Shown: positions 34,850 to 49,366, counted from the first letter of the stretch. The stretch is 64,000 nucleotides of DNA from Azolla caroliniana (GCA_043228905.1 JBHGNT010000010.1:18972001-19036000), one strand, 5' to 3'. Notes: a model not told the origin generated them from the sequence alone. A program made the numbers and translations.

Positions 34850-35480
34850 ACCCTCATCAACCACTCACCTAGATCCCACAAAAGGTGATCAATGGGCTTA
34901 TCCTCATAAACCCACAATTTAGATAAGCTATTTATATCATTTGGATATGGATTCAACATCCACTTTTTACCATTCTTCCACAATATATCAATAGGCAACA
35001 TACTACCTTGAGTTACAACATCCAGAAAGATAGAATGAAGCTGTCAAGAAGGCAAAACCTCGAAGTAAAGACATTAATGAGAGTTTTTATAACCCTCAAC
35101 AAGACATGTAAGGATGAAAACATGCCATACCAAAATAGACGAATTTGAGAAGGTTGAAAGGAAGACATCGTAAACACTCTATCCATCTTTGCATACATAA
35201 TGTTCCTTGCCCAAATTGTTCTACAAACATGGTTTTTGTCTTCCACCTTCAACGACGAGAAAGTCGACCAATTCCTTACTGACCCAGCTTCTCCTCTATC
35301 AAAATCAACCCACTTCAACCTAGTTCGCTTCCCTAACATTACCTCTTCCTTTGTTAGAAATGGTGGGTTCATTATGAGGGACTTATGAACCCATTCCTCC
35401 GTACATGATGGTAGAGATTTAACCAAATTATGCTTCAAATCCCACCATACCTTCATGATACCTCTAAAAATTTTAGCTTG
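34850..35480 (-). mobile_element. L1-clade LINE internal fragment
   Basis: ORF 35013-35456 (MLGKRTRLKWVDFDRGEAGSVRNWSTF) aligns by eye with the LINE at 58735-58830 (MLGKRTRCA*AELDHGPTQSVGAWTTF). Boundaries approximate. Confidence 0.65.
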
Positions 35481-35680
35481 GCAAAAAATATCAATGAATG
35501 GAATGAGTAAAATCTCTTAAAAACCACCATCTAATATTATTTTTCCAATTGCGAGTGAAGGTTAGGTTTGAGTTGGGTTCCATGGAAAATGCAACTTAAA
35601 ATGCTTAGGGTGAGAAACCCTACTAGGAAGATCATATGAGTCCTCAAATATTTACCCCCTTAATAATGTTTTTTCCTTTA

Positions 35681-36035
35681 AATGCTCAATATTTATGGTT
35701 TAACATTTCATCAAGGGCTCCTTCGTTGGGACTGTTAGCATTCTGAAACACTCTTATGCTCAACATTTATGGTAACTTTAATCGAGGGCTCCTTCGTTTG
35801 GATTGTTGTTAACATTCTAGAACACTCTTAGTTTCCATGGAAAGCGTTGCATATAAATATAACACTTCTCTTTCTTTCATTCTTTTCTCGTAATAACGTT
35901 TTGTCATTGAAATGCTGAACATTTATGGTAGCTTTAATCGAGGGCTCCTTCGTTGGTACTATTAGCATTCTGAAACACTCTTAATGTCCATGGAGAACGT
36001 TGCATATAAATATAACGCTTCTCTTTCTTTCATTT
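35681..36035. repeat. Local tandem triplication (~75-bp core, extended in copies 2 and 3)
   Basis: ATGCT.AA.ATTTATGGT...AGGGCTCCTTCGTT...CATTCT..AACACTCTTA occurs three times. Copies 2 and 3 also share the CCATGGA...GTTGCATATAAATATAAC tail. Confidence 0.85.
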
Positions 36036-36425
36036 TTTCTTAAATTCCCACAAAATCCTCTTCAAATTCTTGTTATTTCCCTAAAACTACCCCTTCAATT
36101 CATGTTATGCCTTAGAAAGTGCATTTGAGTTCTTCATGGTTTCCTAAATGCCCTTGGTAAAAAGAAAAACTAGTTCGGACATAACATAAGCGCAATGTGT
36201 TTTAACCATATAATGGGTCAAATAGCATATATAATTATTTTATTAGAGGTTGACAAAATCATATTCAGAAATTTCAAATAACTATAAGCTCGAAGGTATT
36301 TGGGGTTAAAGTACGTAGACTGTCCTATTTATTATTATTGTTGCAAAACATTTACATATATATTAAAGGCAAATCTTGCACATGGGATGTTGCTGTACTC
36401 CAATGAATATGATTAGATTGACCCA

Positions 36426-36427
<2 letters not shown>

Positions 36428-36477
<50 letters not shown>
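36428..36477. repeat. (GT)n microsatellite
   Basis: About 25 GT units. Confidence 0.95.
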
Positions 36478-36480
<3 letters not shown>

Positions 36481-37678
36481 AATGGAGGTTTTTTAGCAAT
36501 TACATACGACTTTACATACATATTACACTAGATCGCATATAAACTTTTGAAGTACAGTATATTATATATGTGTGTGTGTTTGGATTTCACACCAAGAGAA
36601 TGTTTTTAATGTAATCGCTAGGTAATCTCTTGTACACTTGAGGAAACTGTAACTACAATAATGAAAGTTCATTTATCCATAGTCAACACGACAAGGTCCT
36701 ATCCTTTGTATTTTTTAAAGATATCATATTATGCCCAAAATTTGGATACACCCCCATATGCTAGAAAGCATAATTTAATACTATGCAAAATTATAGCTCC
36801 ACAAACTGAACCATTTATTATGAGAACTACAGGTTTAGAGCTAGCATAATTAGAATTTAATCAATTAAGTGGATGAGAATTTCATCACAATATAAAAAGG
36901 AAAAATATAGGGGTCCCGAGTGATAATGTCTATATGAAAGTAATTGGTATAGTGATTATTGTTGCGAGCAAAATGACTAGTTAGGAGATCAATGTCATTA
37001 GTGGTATTTTGACAAAATGATTATTTTGCACAGATCAAATGCTAATTCTAGTAATTTAGCACTAAACCAAGATGTTAGTAATCAATGGGGTAGTTGTAAA
37101 TGTCAAGGTGAAGGATTGATTACATGTAAGATGTCTCACGGTATTCCTTTTTGGTCTTCCACTTCCCTTAGTTGTGGTTTTCGGAGGTCGTCATGGCTAC
37201 AACCACTGTAATGTTTTTAGTCTTGTCATTTCGTCATGTATGCAAAATTCTACTAATGAAGATTTTTTTTTTGTAAAAAAATAAAAAGTGAAGGATTGAT
37301 TTTGTGAAAGAATGATAAAAGTCCAATTTTAAGCATTTGATATCATTTTTTAGGGAAGACATAAGAAAACACCCCTCATATTTTAAACTATACTATGCAA
37401 GATAGACAAAAAACAGTTAACTTAATCTACACTAATGTTAATGTCACCTTTCTCTAGGTGTGTGACATGTTGCTTGCTTTTAGCCCTCATTTAGATGTGA
37501 AATGCATCTAAAGAGAGTGAATAGAGGCATAATGTGTTTGAGAGAGAACGAGAGAGACAGGGAGGGTGATGACTTAAAAAGGGAATTTCTTTCGGTGAGC
37601 AAGTGGTAGGTGAGCGTGTTTTCGTGAAGACAAACTTTTGACCTAGATTGGTGAGCTTATAAATGTGTGTTTTCTTTT

Positions 37679-37680
<2 letters not shown>

Positions 37681-37721
<41 letters not shown>
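37681..37721. repeat. (AG)n microsatellite
   Basis: About 20 AG units. Confidence 0.95.
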
Positions 37722-37723
<2 letters not shown>

Positions 37724-40700
37724 CGAGAAAGATGATGATTGTGCTCCTACTCGTAACCTTTGCTAAACTTTAACGATCACATTGACTTTCATTCTTTTTA
37801 ATATAGATAGTGATATGAGCATTAGATTACATTAAGTACATTACCTTTTCTTACCAAGGTAAAACATAAATTTTCAATATTAAAGGCGTAGTTTTGATAT
37901 ATGTGGGATCATATAGTAACAAATCTTACTTAATCATATGAAAACTAAGATTAAGCACATGATTTAAGTTCCTAAAGTAGTTTTCATGTTATTGAGAACC
38001 TTGCTTTGAACAATTGAATCTAAGTAATAACTTGAAAACAAGCAAGCACGCTTTTTGAGCTTTTGATAGATGTGACCACCTCCACCTCCACCTCCACGTA
38101 TATCCCCATCACTTAAAATATTGACTTTAAGATCAAATGTTGTCCATGATACGAGAGTAAAGTTGAGATTATGTTAAATGTATAAATATTAAAGTCTAGG
38201 AGTAAAACTTCTTTGATCATTTCCTTCAAAGCCATGCGCTAAAGTATGTACACTTAAGTGTTCCTCAAGTAGCTTTGATATGAACCATTTTCTTATACAT
38301 GGGTACTTTTTGACTCTAGAGTTGGCTAGTGGTTTTTCCCCCATGTAACCACATATACATGATATACTCTACTCATCAATAATATCCTCATGAACGTCAT
38401 CATTTTCATCAATACCTTGGTTTTGCATTCTCAAAAGCCTCTCATCATCATGATCTTTGTTGATCATATATATTGTTTGCTTCAACAAGGCATAATCCCC
38501 TTTCCCTTATTCTTCTAATGAGACAATGATTTGTATGTATATAAACCAATTTCTCAACATGAGCATGACTCAATTTATTTCTTATTTTTGCATGTATCAA
38601 TGCGAATGAGCTCTCAATCATGTATATGGTAGCTTGCTTAATTAAAACCTTAGCCTAATCATGTATATGTGAATAATGAATCCACTGACACAAACATGCA
38701 AAGATACCATCTACAGACCAATGGTAAAGAAGCTCTAACATCAATCCTAATATGGAAGCCTGGCTGAATTACAACCTTAACCTAAATAATCATGAACACA
38801 CCCATAGGTTAAATTGGAACCAACAAGTGGATGAATTCCTTACTTCTAGGAGCATTGGCAGTTGCAACAACCTTCTCCTTCTCTTGTTTCACTTGATAAA
38901 GTTGAAATGGTCGATTGAAATATGGTCGAAATTAGAGTTTTGACACAAATTAGGAATTTCAGCCGAAACCCTAATTTGCAGGCCGAGAACAAGATGCAGG
39001 GAGAGGCGAGGATGTAGGCGTCACACAGGATGTAAGGGGAGGCTTCTTCATTGTTCGCTTGCTTGCTAGGTAAGTTTAAAAAAATAAAACGAATACTTTT
39101 ACATCTATTCGTATTCGTATTCAAATGCATTTGCGGGGGAGGCCCTACGAATGTGAATATGTCAATCTATGGTTTTATTTGCAATTCTAAGTCTCTTTTT
39201 CATATGGGGGATGCCCTTCTCTAAAAGTTCTTGAGAAAATATATGCAGCTAATTCATAGTGGTCAACTATATTGAATCATCCAAGTATGTTTCAACATTG
39301 TGTTCATATGTGTGCATGAAGGGTTGTCCCCTCTAGAGAAGTATTTTCAACATTTTTTGGAAAAAGAAGAAGAAAGAAGTAGGTTCAACATCTTTACTTT
39401 GAGGTCATTTAATTGATTATGATCTCTAAAAACCTTTCAAGAATGAGGAATGTTTGGTTTGATATCTCTAAGGAGAGTTTTAAGAGCAAGGCTCTGAATG
39501 AGGCTGCCAGAGCTTATTAGCTTCCTGTGGCAGCTGAACCAATCGCAGAAAACTTGTTTTTTCCAGTAATGCTGGTTCAGTTTTACACGCCCTAATCTCA
39601 CCGCTAACATGAAGATATGCCTCTATGATCACCTTCATGCTTGGGTTTATTTCTTTCCAATCCATCGGTTGCATCTTCAAAAGCGTGATGAGATTAGGCA
39701 TTGAAACGCCAAATCCACAATACACATGATGACTCTGGATTTCTTTTTTTAATTGATACTAGGCTGTGTACATATGACTGTTATGTGTGTGTGGGTACAT
39801 ATATAAATGTTACTCGACTTACATTACAACATGAATAGAACTTGCATCATGGTCTGGTTAGTTTTTTGTGATTTATATCAATCCCATCATCCCAGAAAGC
39901 AAACTAGAGACAACTTGATTCTCTGGCCAGAGTTTCTGAAGTCAACTAATGAATGCAAGATCAATACTAGATTCTCACACCCTTTCCCCTTGATGAAATC
40001 ACACCCTCTTCTCAAACCCCCTCTCTAATTGGGCAATTTGTCAGCCTTGTACAGCAACACAGATAAATGTACCTAAACCTCAGAGAATTCATTAATCTTG
40101 CAGTTGTGCTTGATTTGATTTTGATTGTTGAAATCCTTCGCAAGAATAACTAAGCCAATGTGTTTCAATTTAAACCGACAATGTTGCTAAGTTAATGTAA
40201 TCAGCTTGCGAGTGTCATGAGTCGTTGGCATCTCCCTCGCTCTCGCACACAAATGCACATTCTTGTCAAGTTAAAGCAAGGTGCTCTCAAGTTGTAAGGC
40301 TATCGATAAAGACGGATTTGAATATGAGCAGCTCTACCCAAGTAGTATGTAAGCTTTTGCATTTTGAAATGTTCGTAATGCAAGCAATCTATCATTAAAC
40401 ATCATCTCAGTAAAGATTTACTTAGTTGAACATGTGCAAATACATATACCCACATACATACAATACATGTATGCACGTTTGCATGCATTATATACAATTA
40501 ATTACGAAGATGTGTATGTATATGTATTGTGTGTGAACATGGGTAGAAGCCGAAGGAATGGCCCTTTTGTCCGGACACATGGGAAACGGACTAGAGATAA
40601 CTGACCAAAATCAGAAGAAAAGAAAAGCAAATAAAGCTTTCTCTTTTTGTGCGTTTTTTTTTACTTGAGAGAAAAGGATAAGCGACCTATATTGTAGTAC

Positions 40701-40826
40701 ACTAAGCACAACAAATAAACGCAATACATAACAAGAAAACAAAAAAGCAAAAGAAGAAGCGAGAGAAGGGTGAAAGAAGGGTGAAAGAAGAAGAAGAAGA
40801 AAGAGGAAGGAATAAAGAAAAGAGTC

Positions 40827-42477
40827 ATGGGCCATGGAAAGCTTGAGAATGTCCTCATAGAGAAGAAGGGGAGCAGGAAAGATTGCTTCAACAAAAGGAA
40901 CAGAGGAATATTGAAGAAGTTGTACCAACTCGCATACATATCAGGATGCGGTGTCCACCTTGTCATCCAAGCGGAAGACGGGAACATCTACGAATTCCAT
41001 CGGAAAATGAACCCTCTCCTCCAGAACACCATATTGCAAGCCTCCCTCCTCAATTCCTCTTCCATGAAGAACTCTTCGTCTTCGTCTTCATCTATGTCTT
41101 CGTCTTCGTCTTGTCCTAATCCATTGTTATCCAAAGTTGTCAATGTCCCCAACACTAGCAACTCCACTAGTAGTACTCCTAGGCCTTCAAAAATTACTAA
41201 CAAACGTATGTTCTTTAACGGAGTCAAAACCATGGACACCGGCCTCACTATATCACCCCAAGAGAGAGTTGCCATGATGAACCCTTCTTCGTGCTCTTGC
41301 TTCGATTGTCGGAAAGGCTTTAGTAATCGGTTTGTCGAGTGTATCGACCCTACCAGCTACATGGACAAACCTTTCATCAATAATATTCAATGTCCTAGTT
41401 TCCATGGTCATGATGATGTGATAACCCACCCCATCAACCAATACTCCTCACATATTGACCAGGACATTAGTAAACTCCCTTTCACTTATACAAGTCCCAG
41501 TTTGCCCCACTACAACTCTAGCAATTTCATGGGCCGATTTGCAACACCCTCACCACATCCAGGTGGACTACTTCCTCTGGTAACGACGGCAACTCATGAT
41601 GCATTAGAAGATCGCTGTGAATTAGAATTCGAACAATCCGGTAATTCCAAGATCTTTCTCTATCTGAACTCTCCCTCTCTAATTACCTCATGCTTTTATC
41701 ACCTTATATATGAAACTTATCATCATGTTAACTAATATCATCATTAACTAGATATTAAGGTAGTAGTAACTTATCCCATAAGCATGCTCATGCAATAGGA
41801 AGCCATCGCAACCAAGTCAAGTCAAGTTAGTCTCCAATCTCTTCAACCATTAAGCAGTTTTGATTGCATTTATGTATTTGGGTGGGGTCTCCACTAACTA
41901 GGCTTTGGGTCTAGACATGTCTAGGGTTTAATTAGGGTGAGCAAGTTCTTCTTCTTCATACGTTTTGTCTTCAATCAATTAATGTCTACATATCTTGGTA
42001 CAATTGTACATACATATAATCATAGGATTAATGGGGCTTAGGGATACAAGGTAATTATTTGTGAGTTATGTTTGTGATTATGACCACGAACATGACCCCA
42101 TATTTTTAATATTACTTTGTCTCATCCCAGAAATTACCAAATGTGATGAACAACATGAAGAACAATTGATTCGGTATAGGGATGATGGGGTGGAGAACTC
42201 ATTGACGCCAATTGTGGAGCTGCCCAATATTTCCCATGAAGACATCATGCTGAGTACTAACCTACCAACAAAAGCTTCCTTCATTCTTTCAGAGGAGTTT
42301 GTAGCAGATGGAACACATTTCAGAGGAACCGATACAAGTTTCACTAGTGAAATGGACACAATCAAATCCTATTTTGGCTTCAATCCATTCAATGACTTTG
42401 TGAATGCTAGTGATTCTTTACATTTCCATAGTCACGTGAAGGAGGAGGTTCATGGTGGCATATTTAAGATTCCTTAA
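40827..42477 (+). CDS. Divergent MADS-box (type I-like) transcription factor, probably 2 exons, ~386 aa
   Basis: N-terminus MGHGKLENVLIEKKGSRKDCFNKRNRGILKKLYQLAYISGCGVHLVIQAEDGNIYEF aligns without gaps to the MADS consensus. Predicted exons 40827-41640 (G|GTAATT) and 42131-42477 (CCCAG|) join in frame (1161 nt). The unspliced ORF would end at 41735. No K-box seen. Confidence 0.75.
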
Positions 42478-42879
42478 TGGAAACCCGTGGGTGTAATTTA
42501 CAGAAATGACTTGTACATATAATGTATCATATTTTCATCTATTGATACACTATTACTAACACACACTTAACCTTTTTTTGCGGACAGAATAAAATCCATG
42601 CTTACATTGGTGGAATGTCATAAAAAGCTTGTGTAACATGATTCTTCTATTGGCTTTGATTTGACATGTTTGCTTGTGAGTGCATACTTGACTTGATGTA
42701 TATAATGCCTCGATCACTCACAAAGGCCCACTTATTGATTGCAAGTATACACTGCTTCGATATATATAATGCCCCGATCACTCACAAGGCCCAATTATTC
42801 ATTGTAAGTGTAAGTTGTGGATGGGACGTTATACTTTCCTCGAATATATGAGAAGGTTATATATTGTGTGGGTACGAGC

Positions 42880-44278
42880 GATAAACTTTTTCAAATGTTT
42901 TGAATAGGACTATTGGTGTTAAGCAAGGATGCCCACTCTCACCAAGTCTATTTGGTCTATGCATTGATGAATTGGAAGAAATGGTTGCCAAGTTTGTAAA
43001 GGAAGAAAGTGTTGAAAATGTTGCAATTGGGAATGTTGTCATTATGCTTTTGCTATATGCAGATGTAGTGCTTTTTGCAAATACTTTAGGAGATGCGCAA
43101 AAGCTTATGAAAGCATTGCAAAAAATTTGCATGCATACTAAATCAAGTGTCAATAGCTCTAAAACAAAGATTTTGTTTGTCAAGAGCCAAAAAAAAGATA
43201 AGTCATGCATTATGTACGATAATGAGCTATTTGAATGTGTGGAAAGCTTCAAATATCTTGGTCGTGAAGTTCTTTCAAATCATAGATGGAACGAATGTGT
43301 TACACGCTGCTTAGAGGTGAGAAAGCAAGCATATTATGCATTTGAGAACATATGCAATCGTGGAGATATTAAGTGTTGGGTCCTCAAGAAATACCTTTTC
43401 GACACTCTGGTGACATCGGTGCTTCTCTATGGGGTGGAAGTATGGGTTGCTAGCATCCCTAAATCGACTTAGAAAGAGTTTGAAAATGTCCAAAAACATT
43501 TTCTTACAAAGTTTCTACAAGTTAAGAAATAAATGTCATACATCATCCTCCTCCATGGCCATGGAAAGGGTTGTTGAATACATGCTTAAGGTTCAAAAAA
43601 GTCCCTCATATCGACTTCCTAGAATTGCATGGGAAGCAAGCAAAAGATCCAAAAGACGCATAAAAGCAAAATTCTGTGTTCCAGTTGGATGCAAGATATG
43701 AAAAGGTGGTTTGGTAGATGGGATGCAACACATTTGCTTCATGATGCATCACTAGATTCCTTTGTAAATGAGGCCTTTTTGCAATGTCAATGTATCATGA
43801 CGTGGGAAAAATGTGGAGGCTCACGTTTCACACATTATACAACACATGTTGCACCTAACAACAAAACCATATTCTGCGTGAAATGAGGAAACCATACACA
43901 TCAATACATGTTAGAGCCCATTCTGTTGTCTTCCATTCGAACCATTGCTTCCATCCAACTTAGCTCACATCCATTGTGGTGTGAGATGGGGAGTTGGGGC
44001 ACAAGTGAGGAGAGCGGTCAATTATGCACACTTTGCCCTAGACAAGTTCGAGAGTCTGAGTATCACATTTTGATACAATGCGTTGCCATTGATCATATTC
44101 GGCCATGCTTTCCACACATGTTCGACCAAGCCCAATCCTTGCACAAATTTCTCTCACAACCACCATGCACAATCTTGCTTACGACATTTATTGGTAAAGT
44201 TCTTGATATGTGAAATATAATGTTTTTGGTCTCATAGGTCATATTTGACCTCCAAAGACGATAATATAATCAATCAAT

Positions 44279-44282
<4 letters not shown>
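42880..44282 (+). mobile_element. 5'-truncated RTE-like LINE
   Basis: GVKQGCPLSPSLF, LLYAD-V, SFKYLG, LLYGVEVW, LSSHPLWCEMG and CTLC...ESEYHILIQC motifs. Ends in short (CAAT)-type repeats next to (TC)n. Stops and frameshifts present. Confidence 0.85.

Positions 44283-44321
<39 letters not shown>
44282..44321. repeat. (TC)n microsatellite
   Basis: About 20 units at the LINE 3' end. Confidence 0.95.
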
Positions 44322-44324
<3 letters not shown>

Positions 44325-46468
44325 AAAGGATATTAAGTGGCCTTCAATTTGACAACAGGCCAAAGGGAGATTTTGTTTTAGTTATTAAGCAAAGTGGCAA
44401 ATCCAATCACAAAGGGTTTGGTGTTCACACACTTGTTGGATCGGTCAGCAATCTCTTGATTGTTTCTCTCTTGGATCTTATCCTTTCCTTAATTGTCATG
44501 AGCATAACTATGCTTTAATTATGTAGCTTCAGGTTTCATATAAGAGCAAGTGAGCGCCCGTTTGGCACAGATTCTTAGTCTTGATAGTTGTGGTTTCGAC
44601 ATGGCCTCAAGATTTGGTATATAAAGGGTCAACAACATTACACTTAACCATTGTAAGCAAGAATTAACGGTAGTTTGTGGTCCATTAAGCATGAAATGCA
44701 TGGATCCAATCCCATGGTTCAAGTTCAAAGATGCAATTGTACTTACACTTCAACTGCCTTAAGATGCATTTGGGCCTAAGAATAAGTTTGAAGCATGAAA
44801 AAAAAAAAATTTAATGATGCATTTGGGTCTAAGAACAATTTGGTGCTATCAGTTAGATAGATAATGCAAAAATTGTATTACTTTCAGTTTTATACTGCAT
44901 CAATAACTCCTCTATCCGGGTGGAAATCAGTCCACAAGGACCAGTTGGCCCACTAGACCAAAAGTTGTTCTCATCCAATTGTTTGATCTTGTCTTCTTGC
45001 ACACCAATCTATCATATACATATATTTTCTTCAAAGTGCCTTCCGTGTTGCCATATTCAAACCAGTGTAAAAATCATTATCGCTGATATATCTCATACAC
45101 TCTAATACTTCATCGTGTCTTTATTAACAAAAGTATTATTCCACATAACAAATTGCCTAAGACTTAATACTAGCTTGGAATCCAATGTTCAAATTACTGA
45201 ATTTTATTACAGATATCTATTAGCATAGGAACCAGAAAAAGGAAGAGCATACTAGCAGTCAAAGCTTGCCTCATCTCTCCAAAACGTGAAAGCCTCATCA
45301 TCATCCTTCAAAACACTCTACCATAACGGATCAATAGGCAGCTGAAATCTGGCAAAAAAGTGAATTGCAAATTGCAGTAAGGCAAATAAAAATCTGCCGA
45401 ATGACTTATTTACTGGGAAAATAAAAATTTGCCTAATATATCCATGCACTTACTGCTTAGTTGAAAGTTCCCATTCTTGACATGTTCGAGAAGGCCATCA
45501 TCATAGGACCCAATCTACAAGAAGGAGACACTCATCATACCATTCCTTATGCTGAATTGGTCAACAACTATTCATAAATAAGAATGTGGGGTCTTGTGTA
45601 CATAACAAGCTAAAGTGATCAAATATGTATGTGGCAACAACTTTCAAAGAAGCAAGGACACAAGCAGTTGAAAGAGAATGGCAACAAAACGCTACCACAA
45701 ACATCCAGATGATCACACTCACCTTGCAACACTAAAATAAAAGGGATGATGACTAGTACAACCTATACTTATAAATGCCCTCCTGTTAAATCACACATTT
45801 GCATATCTTCGATTGCATCAAGAATTTCCATTACCTCTGATAGCAGAAGATCCTGCACACAACTCAACAACTAAGAGATGCAATGCAGCTAGTTTTTATA
45901 GCAAAATCCTTAATCACTTCAAACTCTGATGTCCACTGCTCCAGGACTTCCATAAATTCATCCCCACATTTCAGATATGGCAATTTTATGGCAATTTGAC
46001 TTCCATGACACCTCTCTTCTCCATACCAGGTTGTTGGGATTTTACCCAAGCATTGGAGCAGAATCTGATGTCCACCAATTATTGTACCCACAAATCTACA
46101 ATGATAAGATAAAAGAATGTTCTACATCCTACCCATACAGTAGTCAAGGTTTGTTCCATGAAATTGTTTACCTACTTACTGAACCGCACAAAGTTTAATT
46201 GTCATGGTGCCTCTCAATTCTCAATGACCTGACGTTCCGACTAAAACTTGGCATTCTTCTACTATTGAAGTGTATCTAGACCCAACATTTTGTCCTATTC
46301 TATGATGTTTATTTGGGCTGAATTCTCGGAAGCCCAAGGCAACATTTTCCAGATTGCTATTCCACTGGGAGTTGCTACAACCACACCCCAATGAAAACCC
46401 TGTGTATGGTGTAGATCATGACCACGTTCATCAACCACTATATCAGTGTACTTGACCCAGACATTCAA

Positions 46469-46613
46469 GAAAGCATTCAATTACAACAAAAACTTTGCAT
46501 TCTCTTGATAGACTTAGTGTCCAAAACACCCAAATACCATGAAAGCATTCGATTACAACAAAAACTTTGCATCCTCTTGATAGATTTTGGGTCCAAAACA
46601 CCCAAATACCATG
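46469..46613. repeat. ~72-bp tandem duplication
   Basis: AAAGCATTC.ATTACAACAAAAACTTTGCAT.CTCTTGATAGA.TT.G.GTCCAAAACACCCAAATACCATG occurs twice. Confidence 0.9.
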
Positions 46614-47199
46614 ATCACGACAAACTCTGAATGGACCTAGCTTTTGATGCAATGATAAACCTGATTGGGTGCAACTAGCCGGTCTCTGGAGTCAAGCCCA
46701 AACACTGCCATCTTCTGAGATTTGAGACCATGGCTGATACAATCTTCATACCTTACATCTCAATGAGTTGTCCATCAACTCTACACCAACCAAGTCTCAA
46801 TTTTCCTCTACTTATTCAAACTCACACAATAAGCCTGCATCCCACAGATCACCATAGAAATTCCCAGCCTCCCCTGGCGCCAAGTTCCTTTTCCTTGATC
46901 ATCCATTCCTTAACATCCACCTTGCAGAAATCTAGGGTAAGTCTCCCCTACTACCCACATAGCTATACCCAAGAATGTGCAGTCATTAGATCTGGGGAGG
47001 AGGGGGGATGCTACAATTGCACTGGGTACAAGCATCGACGATTAATTGCAGAACTTTGTAGGCGATGAAAACCTCTACAAAACCTTAGGAAATAGAGGTA
47101 CATAATGCCAAAAGAGGCACCAGAAATGGGCCAAATATGTAGATAACTCAAATGTAAAGAAGTATAAAAGTAAAAGCATAAGCTCTTATAGGCGGACAT

Positions 47200-47850
47200 T
47201 GGGCATCCCTGACGAGGTGCCCAGTACCTTCTAGAAGGGTCTCTAGCGTCTCCACATGCTTGAGAAGATCAAGCTATTTTGGTGGCAGATCAGCCATAAT
47301 GTAATCCCCGTTGGCGAATGGATAGGTAAATGTGGAGGCCTAATAGCTTGCCCACTCTGTTCTGCACGTATTGAGACTTTACAACATTGTTTGTGGGATT
47401 GCCCCCAAGCTGAGAGGGTATGGGATAGGGTGACCCGCCTCCTAGTTGCCTATGAAGTGGAGAGGACGACATCGTGGAGCGTAGCGGCTTGGATCAATCC
47501 TTGAGTTGATAGTTGAATGGACACCTTCAACGCAGACATCTAATGCTATGAATGCCCCGCGTTTCCTGAAGATTTGGATGTTGATCACACGCTTCACCCT
47601 TTTGTCTGTGTGGAAAGCACGCTACCTAAAGGTCTTCCAAGATCTAGTATGCCCCTCGAATGAATTGATTATGGATATATGGCTTGCGATTATCAGTTGT
47701 CTACAAGGGTAGTTCAACGAGGTTTGGGGCCACTCTAACAACGTGGTCACTGCCCAGTTATGTTTTTAGTCGAAATGGAGGAAATAATCGAAGGTGGAAC
47801 TACCAACACCCACACTGGCTATTTCCTACTCGCCTCCAACCCTCCCTCCG
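47200..47850 (+). mobile_element. L1-clade LINE 3' fragment (zf-RVT)
   Basis: KIKLFWWQISHNVIPV...CPLCSARIETLQHCLWDC and VWKARYLKVFQ. Boundaries approximate. Confidence 0.8.
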
Positions 47851-48995
47851 TTGAAGGCAAGAGAACGAGGCTTGGGTTGGCCATCGATGAATGTCACTAG
47901 TTTATAGTGTTAGGTACCTACCTACATTGAGTATAAAGTATGAGAGGATATGTTTGATTTTGATTACAATATTGTAGACAAGTATTCTTGGTATTATATG
48001 AGAGATCATACTTCCAATAAGAATGTCTTGAGGAACCCACCTTAGCCGTTTAGATGCCTTAAACTGAACATAAACGCTATCTAAACAACCACTTAAAGAT
48101 GAATGGATGAAAATGCACAAAATTGAGTGCACACAATCCCAATGCCGCTTATTCTAGAGGAGACTCATTGTTGGATCTGTCTTGGCACTTGGGTATTTGT
48201 CTTGAGGGCTTCAAGAAAAAGAAATGTGAAAGGCCTTCCAACTAGCACGAATCTAAGAGCAATATGATTGGAACCACACTACGACTTGGGAAGAATTTTG
48301 GACAAGCACATTTTGTTAGTTGGAAAGGTTTCAACATTGCGAATGATCTTATGGGGAAAAAAACTTTATAGAATAAACACATAATTCTTCCTTTAGAAAA
48401 GGAAAAAGACTTGGAAATAAACTAGACACCCAAAATCAAATCTATATGAGATTGTTGATGACAAAAGGAATTGTGTTTCACCGCTATGATGTAAAAAATG
48501 TCTCTATGCAATGATGCCATGTGTACAATTGTTTTAGCTTGGACTTATTATGTACATGCATGCAATGTCGTCCACAATTGCAGATGCAAATAGGCAAAAA
48601 GCTTTTAACACTTATCATACGTCCCTTTGGAATGATGCCACATGTGTAAAGTTTTCTTTAAACGATGACATACGTGGACAATTCTCTCTCATGAGTAAGG
48701 TCACTAGGGCTCACATGTACAAAGCTTGTTCACACTGCAATCACCCGTACAAGAGATGGAACCTTCCTTTGACCCTAATGGGCAAATCCATTTCCCTCAA
48801 CATAGCACATGCTTCTTTTCCAAGGGAAGGATTGGTTGGGGGTAGATACCAATTGATCTTCAAACACACGCACACACACACACACACATGTTCCACTACC
48901 TGTGTAGTGTAGTTAATGGGTGACCATACTCCATTGTCAAACCTATATGTAAGTAGTGTTTTTTACACACATTTATTAATATAATTGTGTGTTTT

Positions 48996-48999
<4 letters not shown>

Positions 49000-49056
<57 letters not shown>
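49000..49056. repeat. (GA)n microsatellite, left flank of the inserted element
   Basis: Directly visible. Confidence 0.95.
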
Positions 49057-49058
<2 letters not shown>

Positions 49059-49366
49059 TTACGGGCATGACCATATAATATCCCGTGGTGAGAATTAACT
49101 GTAGTATTCTTTACACTCTGAACCACCACGAAACAGAGTCTCGGCGTAGTCAAAAGATGATCAAACGAGGGTAGCTAGGCCTCTTATTTATAGCGATACA
49201 CAAGGCCCCCAGGCAAGTTCACACTTGGCCTAATGGGTTGTCTCAATCCCGAGGATTAAAAGTAATCCTCCCCTTCTTTACACTCTCGTTTAACCCTCAC
49301 ACTTATCCACATGTATAGAATACTATGGTAAATTCTCACCACGGGATATTATATGGTTATGCCTGT

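Noticed and set aside
39480-39725. Protein-like minus-strand ORF (81 aa)
   Set aside because: No recognisable family, no ATG start and no convincing flanking exons; needs a BLASTX search.
44900-47050. Coding-like decayed sequence, perhaps LINE ORF1 or another TE
   Set aside because: Only short ORFs with no identifiable motif.
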